From Clostridia bacterium (GTDB taxonomy: Bacteria > Bacillota > Clostridia > Christensenellales > Borkfalkiaceae), in assembly GCA_017504465.1 (NCBI GenBank), contig JAFVRE010000051.1, positions 5,218-69,217 on the forward strand: a stretch of 64,000 nucleotides of DNA, in the 5' to 3' direction. Of the stretch, positions 17,766-28,230 are shown piece by piece (positions within the stretch are counted from its first letter, which is position 1; each line of letters begins with the position of its first letter). Made by a program: the position numbers and the translations under genes. Under the pieces are notes generated by a model. That model was not told the origin of the DNA. It ran no database searches and saw nothing but the letters and a program-made list of their open reading frames with translations.

Positions 17766-18620
17766 ATGGTGGATTTTGAAAAATTAAAAGCGCAGCTTAA
17801 AAGCGGTTACGCGAAAAACGTTGCGAACTATAACGAAAAACTTGTTTTGCCCGAATTGCAAGAAGTAATACGGATTTTAAAGGACTTACGCAAACTTTTT
17901 TATCCCGCATTTTTTTCGCGTTCAGAAATGCACGACGACGCGGACGGATTTATCGAACATCTTTCCAGTTCCATCTATTTCCGTCTTAAAAAGCAAATTT
18001 CTCTTTCATTGACTTGCAATGGAACGGAAAGCGACAAGAACGCGGAACGTATCACGGACGGATTTTTTGATAAGCTGCCCGAAATTCAAAGGGTACTCGC
18101 AACGGACGTTCAAGCCTCCTTTGACGGCGATCCGGCAGCCAAATGCAAGGAAGAAATCATACTCTCTTATCCCGGTTTCTTTGCGATTTTCGTATATCGC
18201 ATCGCGCACGTTTTGTATGAATACGGCGTACCCTTCTTGCCAAGAATGATGACGGAATACGCGCACGGCAAAACAGGCGTTGACATAAACCCCGGCGCGA
18301 CGATAGGCGAATATTTCTTTATTGACCACGGCACAGGTATTGTTATCGGTGAAACGGCAATTATCGGCAAAGGGGTTAAACTCTATCAAGGCGTAACGCT
18401 TGGCGCTCTTTCGCCCCGCCACGGTCAAACGCTTTCGGGCGTAAAACGTCATCCTACCGTTGAAGACAACGTCACGGTATATTCCGGGGCAAGTATTTTA
18501 GGCGGAGAAACGGTAATCGGCGAAGGTGCGGTAATCGGCGGTAACGCGTTCATTTGTGAAAACGTGGAAAGCGGCGCGAAAGTCAGCCCGAAAATCCCCG
18601 AACATATTGTAAAAAAATAG
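17766..18620 (+). CDS. cysE: serine O-acetyltransferase
   Basis: Left-handed beta-helix hexapeptide repeats (GTGIVIGETAIIGKGVKLYQGVTLG). Adjacent to cysK. Confidence 0.85.
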   Translation: MVDFEKLKAQLKSGYAKNVANYNEKLVLPELQEVIRILKDLRKLFYPAFFSRSEMHDDADGFIEHLSSSIYFRLKKQISLSLTCNGTESDKNAERITDGFFDKLPEIQRVLATDVQASFDGDPAAKCKEEIILSYPGFFAIFVYRIAHVLYEYGVPFLPRMMTEYAHGKTGVDINPGATIGEYFFIDHGTGIVIGETAIIGKGVKLYQGVTLGALSPRHGQTLSGVKRHPTVEDNVTVYSGASILGGETVIGEGAVIGGNAFICENVESGAKVSPKIPEHIVKK

Positions 18621-18640
18621 GAATATTACGTTGATAAAAA

Positions 18641-18669
18641 ATTCAAGCGGCAATCGCTTGAATTTTTTT
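18641..18669 (+). terminator. rho-independent terminator after cysE
   Basis: 9-bp stem attcaagcg/cgcttgaat followed by a T7 run. Confidence 0.85.
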
Positions 18670-18698
18670 GGAAATCGAGAAAAAATTACTTTCGTTGC

Positions 18699-18728
18699 TT
18701 TACAAATTAAGGGCGAATGTGATATAAT
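18699..18728 (+). promoter_or_regulatory. sigma-70-type promoter of the pyr operon
   Basis: TTTACA, 18-nt spacer, TGA-TATAAT (extended -10). Confidence 0.6.
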
Positions 18729-18868
18729 TAAAAGAGATATTTAAAAGCGGTTTGAATAATGCCGACAAGGCGAAAAAGTAGATATGCGCTTTAAGTAATT
18801 AGGCGCTGGAAAAGACGAAACATTTATCGTCAAGTGCTCATTTTGAAAGACTATTAAGGAGTAAATAT

Positions 18869-19798
18869 ATGTTGAACAGAAAGGACATGCTTGGCTTGAT
18901 CGACGCGAGTGCGGACGAGATTTATGAAATTCTTGATACCGCCGCGAAAATGAAAAAGCTCTTGAAAGAAGGCAATAAAAAATTGCCTTATTTAGAGGGC
19001 TCTACGGCGACAATACTCTTTTACGAGAACAGTACGAGAACGCGGACGAGCTTTGAGCTTGCCGCAAAGTACATGGGCGCAACAGTAGTAAACATTTCCG
19101 CAGGCTCGTCGTCGGTAGCGAAGGGCGAAACGCTTGTGGACACGGGTAAAACGCTCGACGCGCAAAAAAATGATTTCATCATCATTCGTCATCCCATGGG
19201 CGGCGCGCCGTATTTACTTGCAAAAACGGTTAAAGCGAGCGTACTCAACGCAGGAGACGGTATGAACGAGCATCCCACGCAAGCCCTGCTGGATATGCTT
19301 ACAATGAAAGAAAGATTTGGAGAAATCGAAGGCTTAAAGGTTGCAATTTTAGGCGATATTAAGCACTCGCGCGTGGCGAAATCCAACCTGTTCGGTTTAA
19401 AAAAGCTTGGTGCGGAAGTGAGAATGTTCGCACCTGAAACGCTGATTCCTAAAGGAATGGACAAGCTTGGCGCAAAACTTTGTAAATCCCGCGAAGAAGC
19501 GGTGGACGGCGCGGACGTCGTAATGGGCTTGAGAATTCAGCTCGAACGTCAGCAAGCAGGTAATTTCCCTTCGCTTGCTGAATACGCCGATTTTTACGGT
19601 GTGGACGATAAGATTTTGTCCTACGCAAACCCGAATGCAATCATTATGCACCCCGGTCCTGTCAATCGCGGCGTAGAGCTTACAAGCAGTATGATCGACC
19701 ATGACAGAAGTCGGATAGAAGACCAAGTTCTTTCCGGCGTAGCCGTGAGAATGGCGCTCTTGTTCTTATTGCAACAACACAGAAAATCTTTGAAATAA
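18869..19798 (+). CDS. pyrB: aspartate carbamoyltransferase catalytic subunit
   Basis: STRTR and HPTQ motifs. 309 aa. Confidence 0.93.
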   Translation: MLNRKDMLGLIDASADEIYEILDTAAKMKKLLKEGNKKLPYLEGSTATILFYENSTRTRTSFELAAKYMGATVVNISAGSSSVAKGETLVDTGKTLDAQKNDFIIIRHPMGGAPYLLAKTVKASVLNAGDGMNEHPTQALLDMLTMKERFGEIEGLKVAILGDIKHSRVAKSNLFGLKKLGAEVRMFAPETLIPKGMDKLGAKLCKSREEAVDGADVVMGLRIQLERQQAGNFPSLAEYADFYGVDDKILSYANPNAIIMHPGPVNRGVELTSSMIDHDRSRIEDQVLSGVAVRMALLFLLQQHRKSLK

Positions 19799-19822
19799 CC
19801 TGAAATAAGCGAGGTAAAAAAT

Positions 19823-21085
19823 ATGATTATCAGAAACGGAAAGTTAGTTTTAGAAAATGGCGTTGAGCAAAAAGACCTTCTCATCGAGAACGGAAAAATT
19901 GTAAAAATCGCGGACATGCTCCCCGCAAACGGCGAAAAAGAGATAGATGCGAGCGGGCTTTACGTCTTCCCCGGACTCATTGATATGCACGTGCATCTTC
20001 GCGAACCGGGCTTTGAACACAAGGAAGATATCGAAAGCGGTTCAAAGGCGGCGGTCAAGGGCGGCTTCACGCAAATTTGCTGTATGCCCAACACCGATCC
20101 TGTAGCCGACAACAAAGTGGTGGTAAGCTATATCCGCCACCGCGGCGAAGAAGTAGGGTTATGCAAAGTGCGTCCTATCGGCGCGATTACCAAAGGTGAA
20201 AAAGGCGAGTTCCTTGCTGACGTAGGCGAAATGAAAAAGGTCGGCGCGGTAGCCATTTCCGACGATGGTAAAACGGTAAAAAATACCCGTCTTATGCGTC
20301 TTGCTATGGAATACGCAAGCGGCTTTGATATGAAATGCTTGTGCCATTGTGAAGATATAGATCTTGCCAACGGCGGCGTCGTGAACGAAGGCTTAAATTC
20401 GACGGTGGCAGGCTTGAACGGTATCCAACGTGCAGCGGAAGACATCATTATCGCGCGTGAGATTTGCCTTGCGGAAAGCTTAAACGTACCCGCGCACATC
20501 TGCCACGTATCCACGCATAGCGGCGTTAGACTTATCCGCGACGCAAAACGCGCAGGCGTAAAGATTACGGCGGAAACCTGTCCTCACTATTTCGCGCTCA
20601 CCGACGACGTGATTTGTGATTTCAATACCAACACGAAAGTTAATCCGCCTATCCGTGAAGAGATTGACAAACAAGCGATTATCGAAGGCTTAAAAGACGG
20701 CACGCTGGACTGTATTGTAACCGATCACGCGCCCCATCACGCAGACGATAAGAACGTAGAATATAACCTTGCGGCGTTTGGTATCAGCGGTTTGGAAACC
20801 TCTTTCGCGTTGACGATTACCCACCTTTACAAAACGGGCGTTTTGACGTTGCCCCAAATCGCAGACAGAATGTCCGCCGCACCCGCTCGTATTTTGAACT
20901 TGGAAGGCGGCAAGATTGCTGAAGGCGAAGTTGCCGATCTCATGATCGCAGACTTAGATAAAAAATGGACGGTTGATTCCGCGAAATTCCTTTCCAAAGG
21001 AAAGAACACGCCCTTTGAAGGACACGAACTTTACGGCGAAGTGAAATACACGATCGTTGACGGCGAAGTGAAATATAACGGTTAA
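19823..21085 (+). CDS. pyrC: dihydroorotase
   Basis: DMHVHLREPG metal-binding motif, DHAPH motif. Confidence 0.92.
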   Translation: MIIRNGKLVLENGVEQKDLLIENGKIVKIADMLPANGEKEIDASGLYVFPGLIDMHVHLREPGFEHKEDIESGSKAAVKGGFTQICCMPNTDPVADNKVVVSYIRHRGEEVGLCKVRPIGAITKGEKGEFLADVGEMKKVGAVAISDDGKTVKNTRLMRLAMEYASGFDMKCLCHCEDIDLANGGVVNEGLNSTVAGLNGIQRAAEDIIIAREICLAESLNVPAHICHVSTHSGVRLIRDAKRAGVKITAETCPHYFALTDDVICDFNTNTKVNPPIREEIDKQAIIEGLKDGTLDCIVTDHAPHHADDKNVEYNLAAFGISGLETSFALTITHLYKTGVLTLPQIADRMSAAPARILNLEGGKIAEGEVADLMIADLDKKWTVDSAKFLSKGKNTPFEGHELYGEVKYTIVDGEVKYNG

Positions 21086-21099
21086 TATAGGAGAAAAAT

Positions 21100-21999
21100 A
21101 TGATTACCGATCAATTGATAGAACAAATTAAAGGCATGAAGAACCCTACGTGCGTAGGGCTTGATACGTTGTTTGATTATTTGCCCGAGAATATGAAAGA
21201 GGGCGTAACGAATTTTGAACAAGTTTCCGAACGTGTTTTCGAATTCAATAAAAAAATTATCGACACCGTTCGCGATATCGTACCTTCCGTGAAAGTGCAA
21301 ATCGCGTACTATGAAATGTACGGCGTGGCTGGTATGAAAGCATACGAAGAAACTTTAAAATACGCGGCGGAAAAGGGCATGGTCGTAATCGCAGACGCAA
21401 AACGTAACGATATCGGCTCAACCGCGTCTTGCTACGCAAAGACCTTCCTTGGCGAAACGGAAGTCAACGGCAATTCCTTCAAACCTTTCCCTGCGGACTA
21501 CGTTACCGTAAACGGATATCTTGGTACGGACGGTATTGCGCCTTTCGTTGAACAATGCGAAAAGAACGACAAGGGTATTTTCGTTTTGGTTAAAACTTCC
21601 AACCCTTCAAGCGGCGAACTCCAAAACCTCGTGCTTGAAAACGGCAAACCCGTGTACGAGTATATGGGCGGTTTGGTTGAGAAATGGGGCGAAAGCACGA
21701 TTGGAAAATACGGCTATTCGGCGGTCGGCGCGGTAGTAGGCGCAACCCACCCGACCGAAGCAAAACGCCTTCGTGAAGTATTACCGCACACCTTCTTCTT
21801 AATTCCCGGCTACGGCGCGCAAGGCGGAAACGCGGAAATGCTTAAAAGCTGTTTTGCGGAAAACGGTCTTGGCGGGGTAGTCAATAACTCCCGTGGAATT
21901 TTGTGCGCGTACAAAAAACTCGGCGGCATCTATTATGAAGCGGCGCGCGCGGCTTGCGTTGCAATGAAGGAAGATTTATGCAGCGTATTAAAGCTTTGA
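21100..21999 (+). CDS. pyrF: orotidine 5'-phosphate decarboxylase (long, type 2 form)
   Basis: DAKRNDIGST active-site motif. Position within the pyr operon. Confidence 0.85.
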   Translation: MITDQLIEQIKGMKNPTCVGLDTLFDYLPENMKEGVTNFEQVSERVFEFNKKIIDTVRDIVPSVKVQIAYYEMYGVAGMKAYEETLKYAAEKGMVVIADAKRNDIGSTASCYAKTFLGETEVNGNSFKPFPADYVTVNGYLGTDGIAPFVEQCEKNDKGIFVLVKTSNPSSGELQNLVLENGKPVYEYMGGLVEKWGESTIGKYGYSAVGAVVGATHPTEAKRLREVLPHTFFLIPGYGAQGGNAEMLKSCFAENGLGGVVNNSRGILCAYKKLGGIYYEAARAACVAMKEDLCSVLKL

Positions 22000-22008
22000 G
22001 GTTGGAGA

Positions 22009-22764
22009 ATGAAAGATTATTTAGCAACGATCGTTAAAAACGAACAAATAGCGGAAAACATCTACGAAATCACCTTTGACGTGGGCGAAGAAGTAAACGT
22101 CCGCGCAGGTCAATTCGGAGAAATTTCAGTTGGCGGTACGCACCTTTTACGCCGCCCGATTGCGATTTGCAAAGTGGAAAAAAATCTCGTTACTTATTGT
22201 TATCAATTAAAGGGTGCAGGCACTCGTGAATTAGCAACGATGGGGGCAGGTACGCGTTTAAACGTACTTATGCCGCTCGGAAACGGATTTTTTGTGGAAG
22301 AAAATGAACCAAAAATTGCGCTCGTTGCAGGAGGAGTGGGAATTTTCCCTATTATTTCCGTGCTTCGCGAATATGCGGGCAAAAAACAAATTTCCGCGTA
22401 CGTTGGGTTTAGAAACAAAGGCGCTGTTTGCGGACTTGACGAATTTAAAAAAGCGGATAAGTTCGTTGCGGTAACGGACGACGGAAGCTTTGGCGAAAAG
22501 ATGAACTCCGTTCAAGCCTTCGTTGCAGACTTAAAAAACGGTAACCGTCCCGACGTCGTGCTTGCTTGCGGACCTACGCCTATGCTCCGCGCTTTGAAAA
22601 AGGTAGTGGAAGAAGAAAACTTGAACTGTTACGTTTCTTTGGAAGAGAGAATGGGTTGCGGACTCGGCGCGTGCGTAGTATGCGTATGCGCGTTGACGAA
22701 CGGCAAGAACGCGCGCGTATGTAAAGACGGGCCAGTTTTTAACGCGTTAGACGTCGTGCTTTAA
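22009..22764 (+). CDS. pyrK: dihydroorotate dehydrogenase electron-transfer subunit
   Basis: FAD-binding RRPIAI motif. C-terminal 2Fe-2S cysteines CGLGACVVCVC. Confidence 0.88.
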   Translation: MKDYLATIVKNEQIAENIYEITFDVGEEVNVRAGQFGEISVGGTHLLRRPIAICKVEKNLVTYCYQLKGAGTRELATMGAGTRLNVLMPLGNGFFVEENEPKIALVAGGVGIFPIISVLREYAGKKQISAYVGFRNKGAVCGLDEFKKADKFVAVTDDGSFGEKMNSVQAFVADLKNGNRPDVVLACGPTPMLRALKKVVEEENLNCYVSLEERMGCGLGACVVCVCALTNGKNARVCKDGPVFNALDVVL

Positions 22765-22776
22765 GGGAGGTGTATT

Positions 22777-23694
22777 ATGGCGAATTTATCGGTGAATCTT
22801 TGTGGAGTAGAATTAAAGAACCCTGTCATCACCGCTTCGGGAACGTTCGGGTTTGGCAGAGAATTTAACGAATTATACGATATCGGCGTACTTGGCGGCG
22901 TTTCGACGAAAGGCTTAACGTTGGAAGCTCGGCTTGGCAATCCCGTGCCCCGTATCGCAGAATCCCGCGGCGTAATTTTGAATGCGGTAGGGCTTCAAAA
23001 TCCCGGTGTGGAATACTTCCTTAAAAAAGACCTTGAATGGCTGAAATCGACAGGTACGGCGGTGATTGCAAACGTTGCAGGAAAAACGCTTGACGATTAC
23101 AAGAATATTTGCAAAAAATTAGACGGCAAGGTGGACATGGTTGAGTTAAACATATCCTGCCCCAACGTAAAGAGTGGCGGTATGGCGTTCGGGATTAAAC
23201 CCGAGACAGTGGAAGAAGTAACTCGATATGCAAAGAGCGGACTTAAACGTACACCTCTCATGGTCAAGCTTTCCCCGAACGTAGAAAGCATTGCGGCCAA
23301 CGCTTCAGCGGCGGAACGCGGCGGCGCGGATTGCGTATCCCTTATCAATACTTTGACGGGTATGGCGATTGACATTGAAAGAAGAAGACCGATTATCGCC
23401 AACAACACGGGCGGCGTATCGGGCGCAGGCGTGAAACCGATCGCGGTGAGAATGGTTTACGAAGTAGCGCAAGCAGTAAAAATCCCCGTAGTAGGTATGG
23501 GTGGAATCACCTGTGCGGAAGACGCGATAGAATTTTTGATGGCGGGTGCGACGGCAGTCCAAGTCGGCACGGCGAATTTTACCGATCCGCTGGTTTGTCC
23601 GAAAATTATCGAAGGTCTAAACGCTTGGTGCGACCGTCACGGCATAGAAAATATTTCTGAACTGACGGGTACGTTACAGCTTAACGGCAAATAA
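22777..23694 (+). CDS. pyrD: dihydroorotate dehydrogenase B catalytic subunit
   Basis: ASGTFG, NISCPN and GGISGA-like motifs. Paired with pyrK. Confidence 0.92.
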   Translation: MANLSVNLCGVELKNPVITASGTFGFGREFNELYDIGVLGGVSTKGLTLEARLGNPVPRIAESRGVILNAVGLQNPGVEYFLKKDLEWLKSTGTAVIANVAGKTLDDYKNICKKLDGKVDMVELNISCPNVKSGGMAFGIKPETVEEVTRYAKSGLKRTPLMVKLSPNVESIAANASAAERGGADCVSLINTLTGMAIDIERRRPIIANNTGGVSGAGVKPIAVRMVYEVAQAVKIPVVGMGGITCAEDAIEFLMAGATAVQVGTANFTDPLVCPKIIEGLNAWCDRHGIENISELTGTLQLNGK

Positions 23695-23705
23695 AAAAGG
23701 GCAGG

Positions 23706-23715
23706 GGCAGGTACG
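23706..23715 (+). repeat. intergenic copy of GGCAGGTACG (pyrD-pyrE spacer), preceded by a partial tandem GGGCAGG
   Basis: Sequence is aaGGGCAGGGGCAGGTACGCTC. Confidence 0.9.
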
Positions 23716-23753
23716 CTCTGAACGAAGATTTAATGAAAGGAGAAAAGGAAAAA

Positions 23754-24413
23754 ATGGCACTCACGTACAAGGAAGAGTTTATTAAATTCATGGTAGAAAA
23801 TAACGTATTGAGATTCGGTGAATTTACCCTTAAAAGCGGTAGAAAAGCGCCTTATTTTATCAATACGGGCAACTATAAAACGGGCAAACAGCTTGCAAAG
23901 CTCGGCGAATATTACGCGCAATGTATCGTAGAAAACGGATTGCAACCTGAAACGCTTGTCGGCCCTGCGTATAAGGGGATTCCCCTGTCCGTAACGACTG
24001 CAATCGCGCTCTTTAACGATCACGGAAAAGAGGTAAACTACTGCTTTGACAGAAAAGAAGTAAAGGACCACGGCGAAGGCGGGCTTTTCGTAGGCCAACA
24101 GCTTTCCGACGGCGAAAAAGTCGTTATCATCGAAGACGTTATGACGTCTGGCAAAGCACTTCGCGAAATTTTACCCAAACTCGAAGCGGCGGCAAAGGTT
24201 GAAGTTGTCGGTATGATCATCTCGGTTGACCGTATGGAAAAGGCGCTCAATAGCGATTTATCCGCAGTCAAAGAAGCGAAAAAACAATTTGGAATCGACG
24301 TATATTCAGTCGTTACCATGACGGACATCATTTCCGCAATTGAAAACGGCGTAATCGACGGCAAAGAGCATTTGCCTGCAATGTACGCATACCGCGAAAC
24401 CTACGGCGCGTAA
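23754..24413 (+). CDS. pyrE: orotate phosphoribosyltransferase (start at the ATG after AAAGGAGAAAAGG)
   Basis: PRPP-binding loop VVIIEDVMTSG. Confidence 0.9.
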   Translation: MALTYKEEFIKFMVENNVLRFGEFTLKSGRKAPYFINTGNYKTGKQLAKLGEYYAQCIVENGLQPETLVGPAYKGIPLSVTTAIALFNDHGKEVNYCFDRKEVKDHGEGGLFVGQQLSDGEKVVIIEDVMTSGKALREILPKLEAAAKVEVVGMIISVDRMEKALNSDLSAVKEAKKQFGIDVYSVVTMTDIISAIENGVIDGKEHLPAMYAYRETYGA

Positions 24414-24493
24414 AGATGAGAAAAAGGACAAAATGAAACCAGAATTTTTAGAGCATTGTAGTATTAATATCTTTAACTCCAGATAAAAATCAA

Positions 24494-24694
24494 TTAATCA
24501 AAATTAGGAAACAAATCTTTAATACGTTTCACGAAAGCAGGCGCGGTTTGTATGCGTTCTGCTTTTTGTTTTTTATTGTGGTCGGCAGCAAAGAAAATAA
24601 TAGCGGTTGCGCAAGAAAAGAGTACTGAGAAAAGAAAAATAGCCAAAAAATTACGTTTCATGAAATTATTTTGTGTAAAAACCGCGTTCTTCAT
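24494..24694 (-). CDS. possible small membrane protein (alternative start at 24661)
   Basis: One hydrophobic helix FLAIFLFSVLFSCATAIIFFAA. No convincing Shine-Dalgarno (SD) ribosome-binding site. Confidence 0.3.
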   Translation of the reverse strand: MKNAVFTQNNFMKRNFLAIFLFSVLFSCATAIIFFAADHNKKQKAERIQTAPAFVKRIKDLFPNFD

Positions 24695-24722
24695 TTACAA
24701 AAGGAAAAAAAGATGATATAAT
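24694..24722 (+). promoter_or_regulatory. sigma-70-type promoter of trpS
   Basis: TTTACA, 17-nt spacer, TATAAT. Confidence 0.6.
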
Positions 24723-24776
24723 ATTATGGTGGTGTGGTTTAGTCGCCCGCCAGTTTATCAAACGAATAGGTGTATT

Positions 24777-25823
24777 ATGAAAAATATCATTTTAACCGGA
24801 GACAGACCTACCGGGAAATTGCATATCGGACACTACGTAGGCTCGCTCAAGCGCCGTGTAGAACTTCAAAACAGCGATAAATTCGACGAAATTTACGTAA
24901 TGATCGCAGACGCGCAAGCGCTTACTGACAACTTCGATAATCCCGATAAAGTCCGCGCGAACATTACCGAAGTAGCGCTCGATTATCTTGCGTGCGGTAT
25001 TGATCCTAAAAAATCCACGATTTTCGTGCAGTCGCACGTGGCGGAGCTGACGGAACTTACTTTTTATTATATGAATCTTGTTACGCTCGCAAGGCTTGAA
25101 AGAAACCCGACCGTTAAAACGGAAATCAGGCAAAAGGGCTTCGGCGCATCTCTGCCTATGGGCTTTTTGACGTACCCTGTATCGCAGACCGCGGATATCA
25201 CGGCGTTTAAAGCAAACGTTGTGCCCGTTGGAGAAGACCAACTTCCCATGCTTGAACAAGCCCGCGAAATCGTGAGAAGCTTCAACGGTTTATACGGCGA
25301 AACGTTGGTTGAACCCAAGGCGGTTTTGCCTGAAAACAAGTCTTGTTTGAGATTGCCCGGTACGGACGGTATGGCAAAGATGAGCAAATCTCTCGGCAAC
25401 TGCATCTACCTTTCCGACTCAGCGGACGAAATCAAGCGCAAAGTTATGGGTATGTACACCGATCCTAATCACGTAAAAGTGACGGATCCCGGTAACACCA
25501 GCGAGAACCCGACCTTCATTTATCTCGACGCTTTTTCTACGGACGAGCATTTTGCCAAATATTTACCCGAATACGCAAATCTTTCGGAAATGAAAGCGCA
25601 TTACGAACGCGGCGGGCTCGGCGATATGAAGGTTAAAAAATTGCTCAATAACGTAATGCAAGAAACGTTAGAGCCTATCCGTATACGCCGTGAAGAGTTT
25701 GCAAAGGATATTCCGGCTGTATGGGAAATGTTAAAGCAGGGCAGCGAATACGCAAAATCCGTAGCCGCTCAAACGCTTTCGGAAGTTAAGCGCGCGATGA
25801 AAATTAACTATTTCGAAAAATAA
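24777..25823 (+). CDS. trpS: tryptophan--tRNA ligase (start at the ATG after AGGTG)
   Basis: GKLHIGHY (HIGH) and KMSKS motifs. Confidence 0.95.
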   Translation: MKNIILTGDRPTGKLHIGHYVGSLKRRVELQNSDKFDEIYVMIADAQALTDNFDNPDKVRANITEVALDYLACGIDPKKSTIFVQSHVAELTELTFYYMNLVTLARLERNPTVKTEIRQKGFGASLPMGFLTYPVSQTADITAFKANVVPVGEDQLPMLEQAREIVRSFNGLYGETLVEPKAVLPENKSCLRLPGTDGMAKMSKSLGNCIYLSDSADEIKRKVMGMYTDPNHVKVTDPGNTSENPTFIYLDAFSTDEHFAKYLPEYANLSEMKAHYERGGLGDMKVKKLLNNVMQETLEPIRIRREEFAKDIPAVWEMLKQGSEYAKSVAAQTLSEVKRAMKINYFEK

Positions 25824-25840
25824 AATCACGGGGGTAGGTT

Positions 25841-26698
25841 ATGATTTACGGCATTTCAAACGGGATTTTAACGGCAATGATATCCTCGCTTGGCGGTGAA
25901 CTTATCAGCGTAAGAAAGGACGGTCAAGAACGGCTTTGGCAAAACGATAACGGTAGTTGGAGTGGCCACGCCCCGATTTTATTCCCTGTTTGCGGGGATT
26001 GCACAATGATCGTGGACGGCAAGCAATATCCCATCAAAAAACACGGTTTTGCGAAAAAGAGCGAATTTTATTTGGTCGGCACGTCCAAAGAAGAGATCAC
26101 CTTGGGCTTCAAGTCAAACGACGAAACGAAATGCGTCTATCCATACGATTTTGAGTTTCACGTAACTTACCGTGTAAAAGGCGCAACGCTTGAGATTTTT
26201 TACGATGTTTTCAACCCGTCCGACCTACCCATGTACGCGATGTGCGGTTGTCATGAGTCCTATGCGCTCAAGGAAGAAGTCGGGAAATACGAAGCCGTAT
26301 TCAATCAAAAGGAGTGCTTTGATTCCTATATTTACCAAGAGGAAAAGTGCGGCATAAAACATAAAATCGTCAATTTTGGCGAAGGGAAGCGTATTCAGCT
26401 CCCTCAAAAATTTCTCAACACCGAATGTCTTATTTTTAAGGACTTGAACTCCACGGAAGTCGAGCTGAAAAAGATAGGCGGTAAGAAAATAGCAAAGCTT
26501 AAATTCGAAGGCTTTAAAAATTTCCTGTTCTGGCATCCGCTCGGCAGTAAGATGATTTGCATGGAGCCGTGGCATAATTTGCCCGATTTCATTGATGAAA
26601 AGGACGTGGAATTCTCTGTTAAAGAGGGCGCGCAGGAAATTCCGCCTAAATCCAAAAAAAGATTTATCCACTCAATCGAATATTTCGACTTTGAATAA
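25841..26698 (+). CDS. aldose 1-epimerase family protein
   Basis: Length and motifs (LFPVCG..., HGFA, CGCHE) resemble LacX/galactose mutarotase-like proteins. Recognition is by memory only. Confidence 0.55.
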   Translation: MIYGISNGILTAMISSLGGELISVRKDGQERLWQNDNGSWSGHAPILFPVCGDCTMIVDGKQYPIKKHGFAKKSEFYLVGTSKEEITLGFKSNDETKCVYPYDFEFHVTYRVKGATLEIFYDVFNPSDLPMYAMCGCHESYALKEEVGKYEAVFNQKECFDSYIYQEEKCGIKHKIVNFGEGKRIQLPQKFLNTECLIFKDLNSTEVELKKIGGKKIAKLKFEGFKNFLFWHPLGSKMICMEPWHNLPDFIDEKDVEFSVKEGAQEIPPKSKKRFIHSIEYFDFE

Positions 26699-26786
26699 AC
26701 GCTTGCTTTAATCAGCACGGATAAAATTCAAACGAAAAACAACGAAAACACTGACACAACAGTTTACGAAAATAAAGAGGTGCGTT

Positions 26787-28217
26787 ATGGCAAAAGAAAA
26801 TCAATTTGTTGAACAAATCGCGGACATTGAAAAGGACTTTCCGCAGTGGTACACAGACGTCGTTTTAAAGACTAAACTCGTTGACTACGGCCCTGTAAAA
26901 GGCACGATGGTTATTCGTCCTTACGGCTATGCGATTTGGGAAAATATCCAAAGAGAAATGGATCGCCGTTTCAAAGCGCGCGGTGTGGAAAATGCATATT
27001 TCCCCTTGCTTATTCCGATGAGCTTTTTCACGAAAGAAGCAGAACACGTCGAGGGGTTTGCGCCCGAGCTTGCGGTCGTTACCGTAGGCGGCGGCGAAGA
27101 ACTTTCCGAACCGCTTGCAATCCGTCCTACGTCAGAAACGATTATCGGCACAATGATGTCGAAATGGTTGCAATCTTATCGAGAACTACCCATGAAAATT
27201 AATCAATGGTGCAACGTTATGCGTTGGGAAAAGACGACTCGTCCCTTCCTTCGTACCAGCGAATTTTTATGGCAAGAAGGCCACACGGCGCACGCAACGG
27301 CAGCTGAGGCGGAAGAAGAAACGCAAGCAATGCTCGGCGTTTATAAAGAATTTGCGGAAAATTGCCTTGCGATTCCCGTACTGACCGGCAAAAAGACGGA
27401 AAAGGAACGCTTTGCAGGCGCGGTTGCGACCTATACCATGGAAGCGATGATGCATGACGGAAAAAGCTTGCAGGCAGGTACTTCGCATTACTTAGGACAA
27501 AACTTCTCTAAGGCGTTTGATATTCAATATTTAGGACAAGACGGCGTACTTGAAAACGCATACACGACCTCTTGGGGTGTATCCACGAGATTGATCGGCG
27601 CAGTCGTAATGACGCACGGCGACGAGAGAGGCTTGAAGCTTCCGCCCGTCGTTGCACCCGTACAATGCGTAATCGTACCTATCGCAGCGCGTAAGCCCGG
27701 CGTAGTCGAGGCTTGCGAAGCGCTCAAAACTGAACTTGAAAAGGCAGGCGTTCGCGTAAAGCTCGACAATTCCGATAACAGCCCCGGCTGGAAATTCAAC
27801 GAATGGGAAATGAAAGGCGTACCCCTTCGTATCGAGCTTGGCCCTCGCGATATCGAAGCAGGAAAAATGCTTTGCGCCCGTCGCGACACCTATGAAAAGC
27901 TTGAGCGTCCTCTTGCAAATGCTGCGGATAGCGTAAAGGAATTGCTTGACGAAATCCAAAAGAATATGCTCGAAACGGCGAGAAAGCATAGAGATGAAAG
28001 AATCGTTTATGCGGACGACATGAAAGGAATTTTAGACGCTGTTGACGACGGTAAGTTTGTTAAAGCGGGCTGGTGCGGTTGCAGAGCTTGCGAAGACAAA
28101 GTGAAGGAAGAAACAGGCGCGACTGCCCGTGTCCGCGCGGAAGGCGAAAGCACGGATAAATGCGCTGTTTGCGGCGAAAAAGCGGAAAGCGTTATCATTT
28201 TCGCTAGGGCTTATTAA
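26787..28217 (+). CDS. proS: proline--tRNA ligase (short archaeal/eukaryote-like type)
   Basis: Class II motifs (RPTSET, FLRTSEFLWQEGHT, GTSHYLGQNF). C-terminal zinc-binding domain. Confidence 0.9.
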   Translation: MAKENQFVEQIADIEKDFPQWYTDVVLKTKLVDYGPVKGTMVIRPYGYAIWENIQREMDRRFKARGVENAYFPLLIPMSFFTKEAEHVEGFAPELAVVTVGGGEELSEPLAIRPTSETIIGTMMSKWLQSYRELPMKINQWCNVMRWEKTTRPFLRTSEFLWQEGHTAHATAAEAEEETQAMLGVYKEFAENCLAIPVLTGKKTEKERFAGAVATYTMEAMMHDGKSLQAGTSHYLGQNFSKAFDIQYLGQDGVLENAYTTSWGVSTRLIGAVVMTHGDERGLKLPPVVAPVQCVIVPIAARKPGVVEACEALKTELEKAGVRVKLDNSDNSPGWKFNEWEMKGVPLRIELGPRDIEAGKMLCARRDTYEKLERPLANAADSVKELLDEIQKNMLETARKHRDERIVYADDMKGILDAVDDGKFVKAGWCGCRACEDKVKEETGATARVRAEGESTDKCAVCGEKAESVIIFARAY

Positions 28218-28230
28218 GTTTTACCTAACT

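Noticed and set aside
18729-18868. PyrR-type attenuator in the pyrB leader.
   Set aside because: There is no PyrR binding-loop consensus (ARUCCAGAGAGGYU-like), no convincing terminator/antiterminator pair, and no pyrR gene in the operon.
24414-24776. T-box riboswitch upstream of trpS (also considered for proS at 26699-26786 and gltX at 15056-15112).
   Set aside because: The leaders are shorter than about 90 nt after the predicted promoters. I could not find the conserved T-box sequence or a specifier-loop/terminator arrangement.
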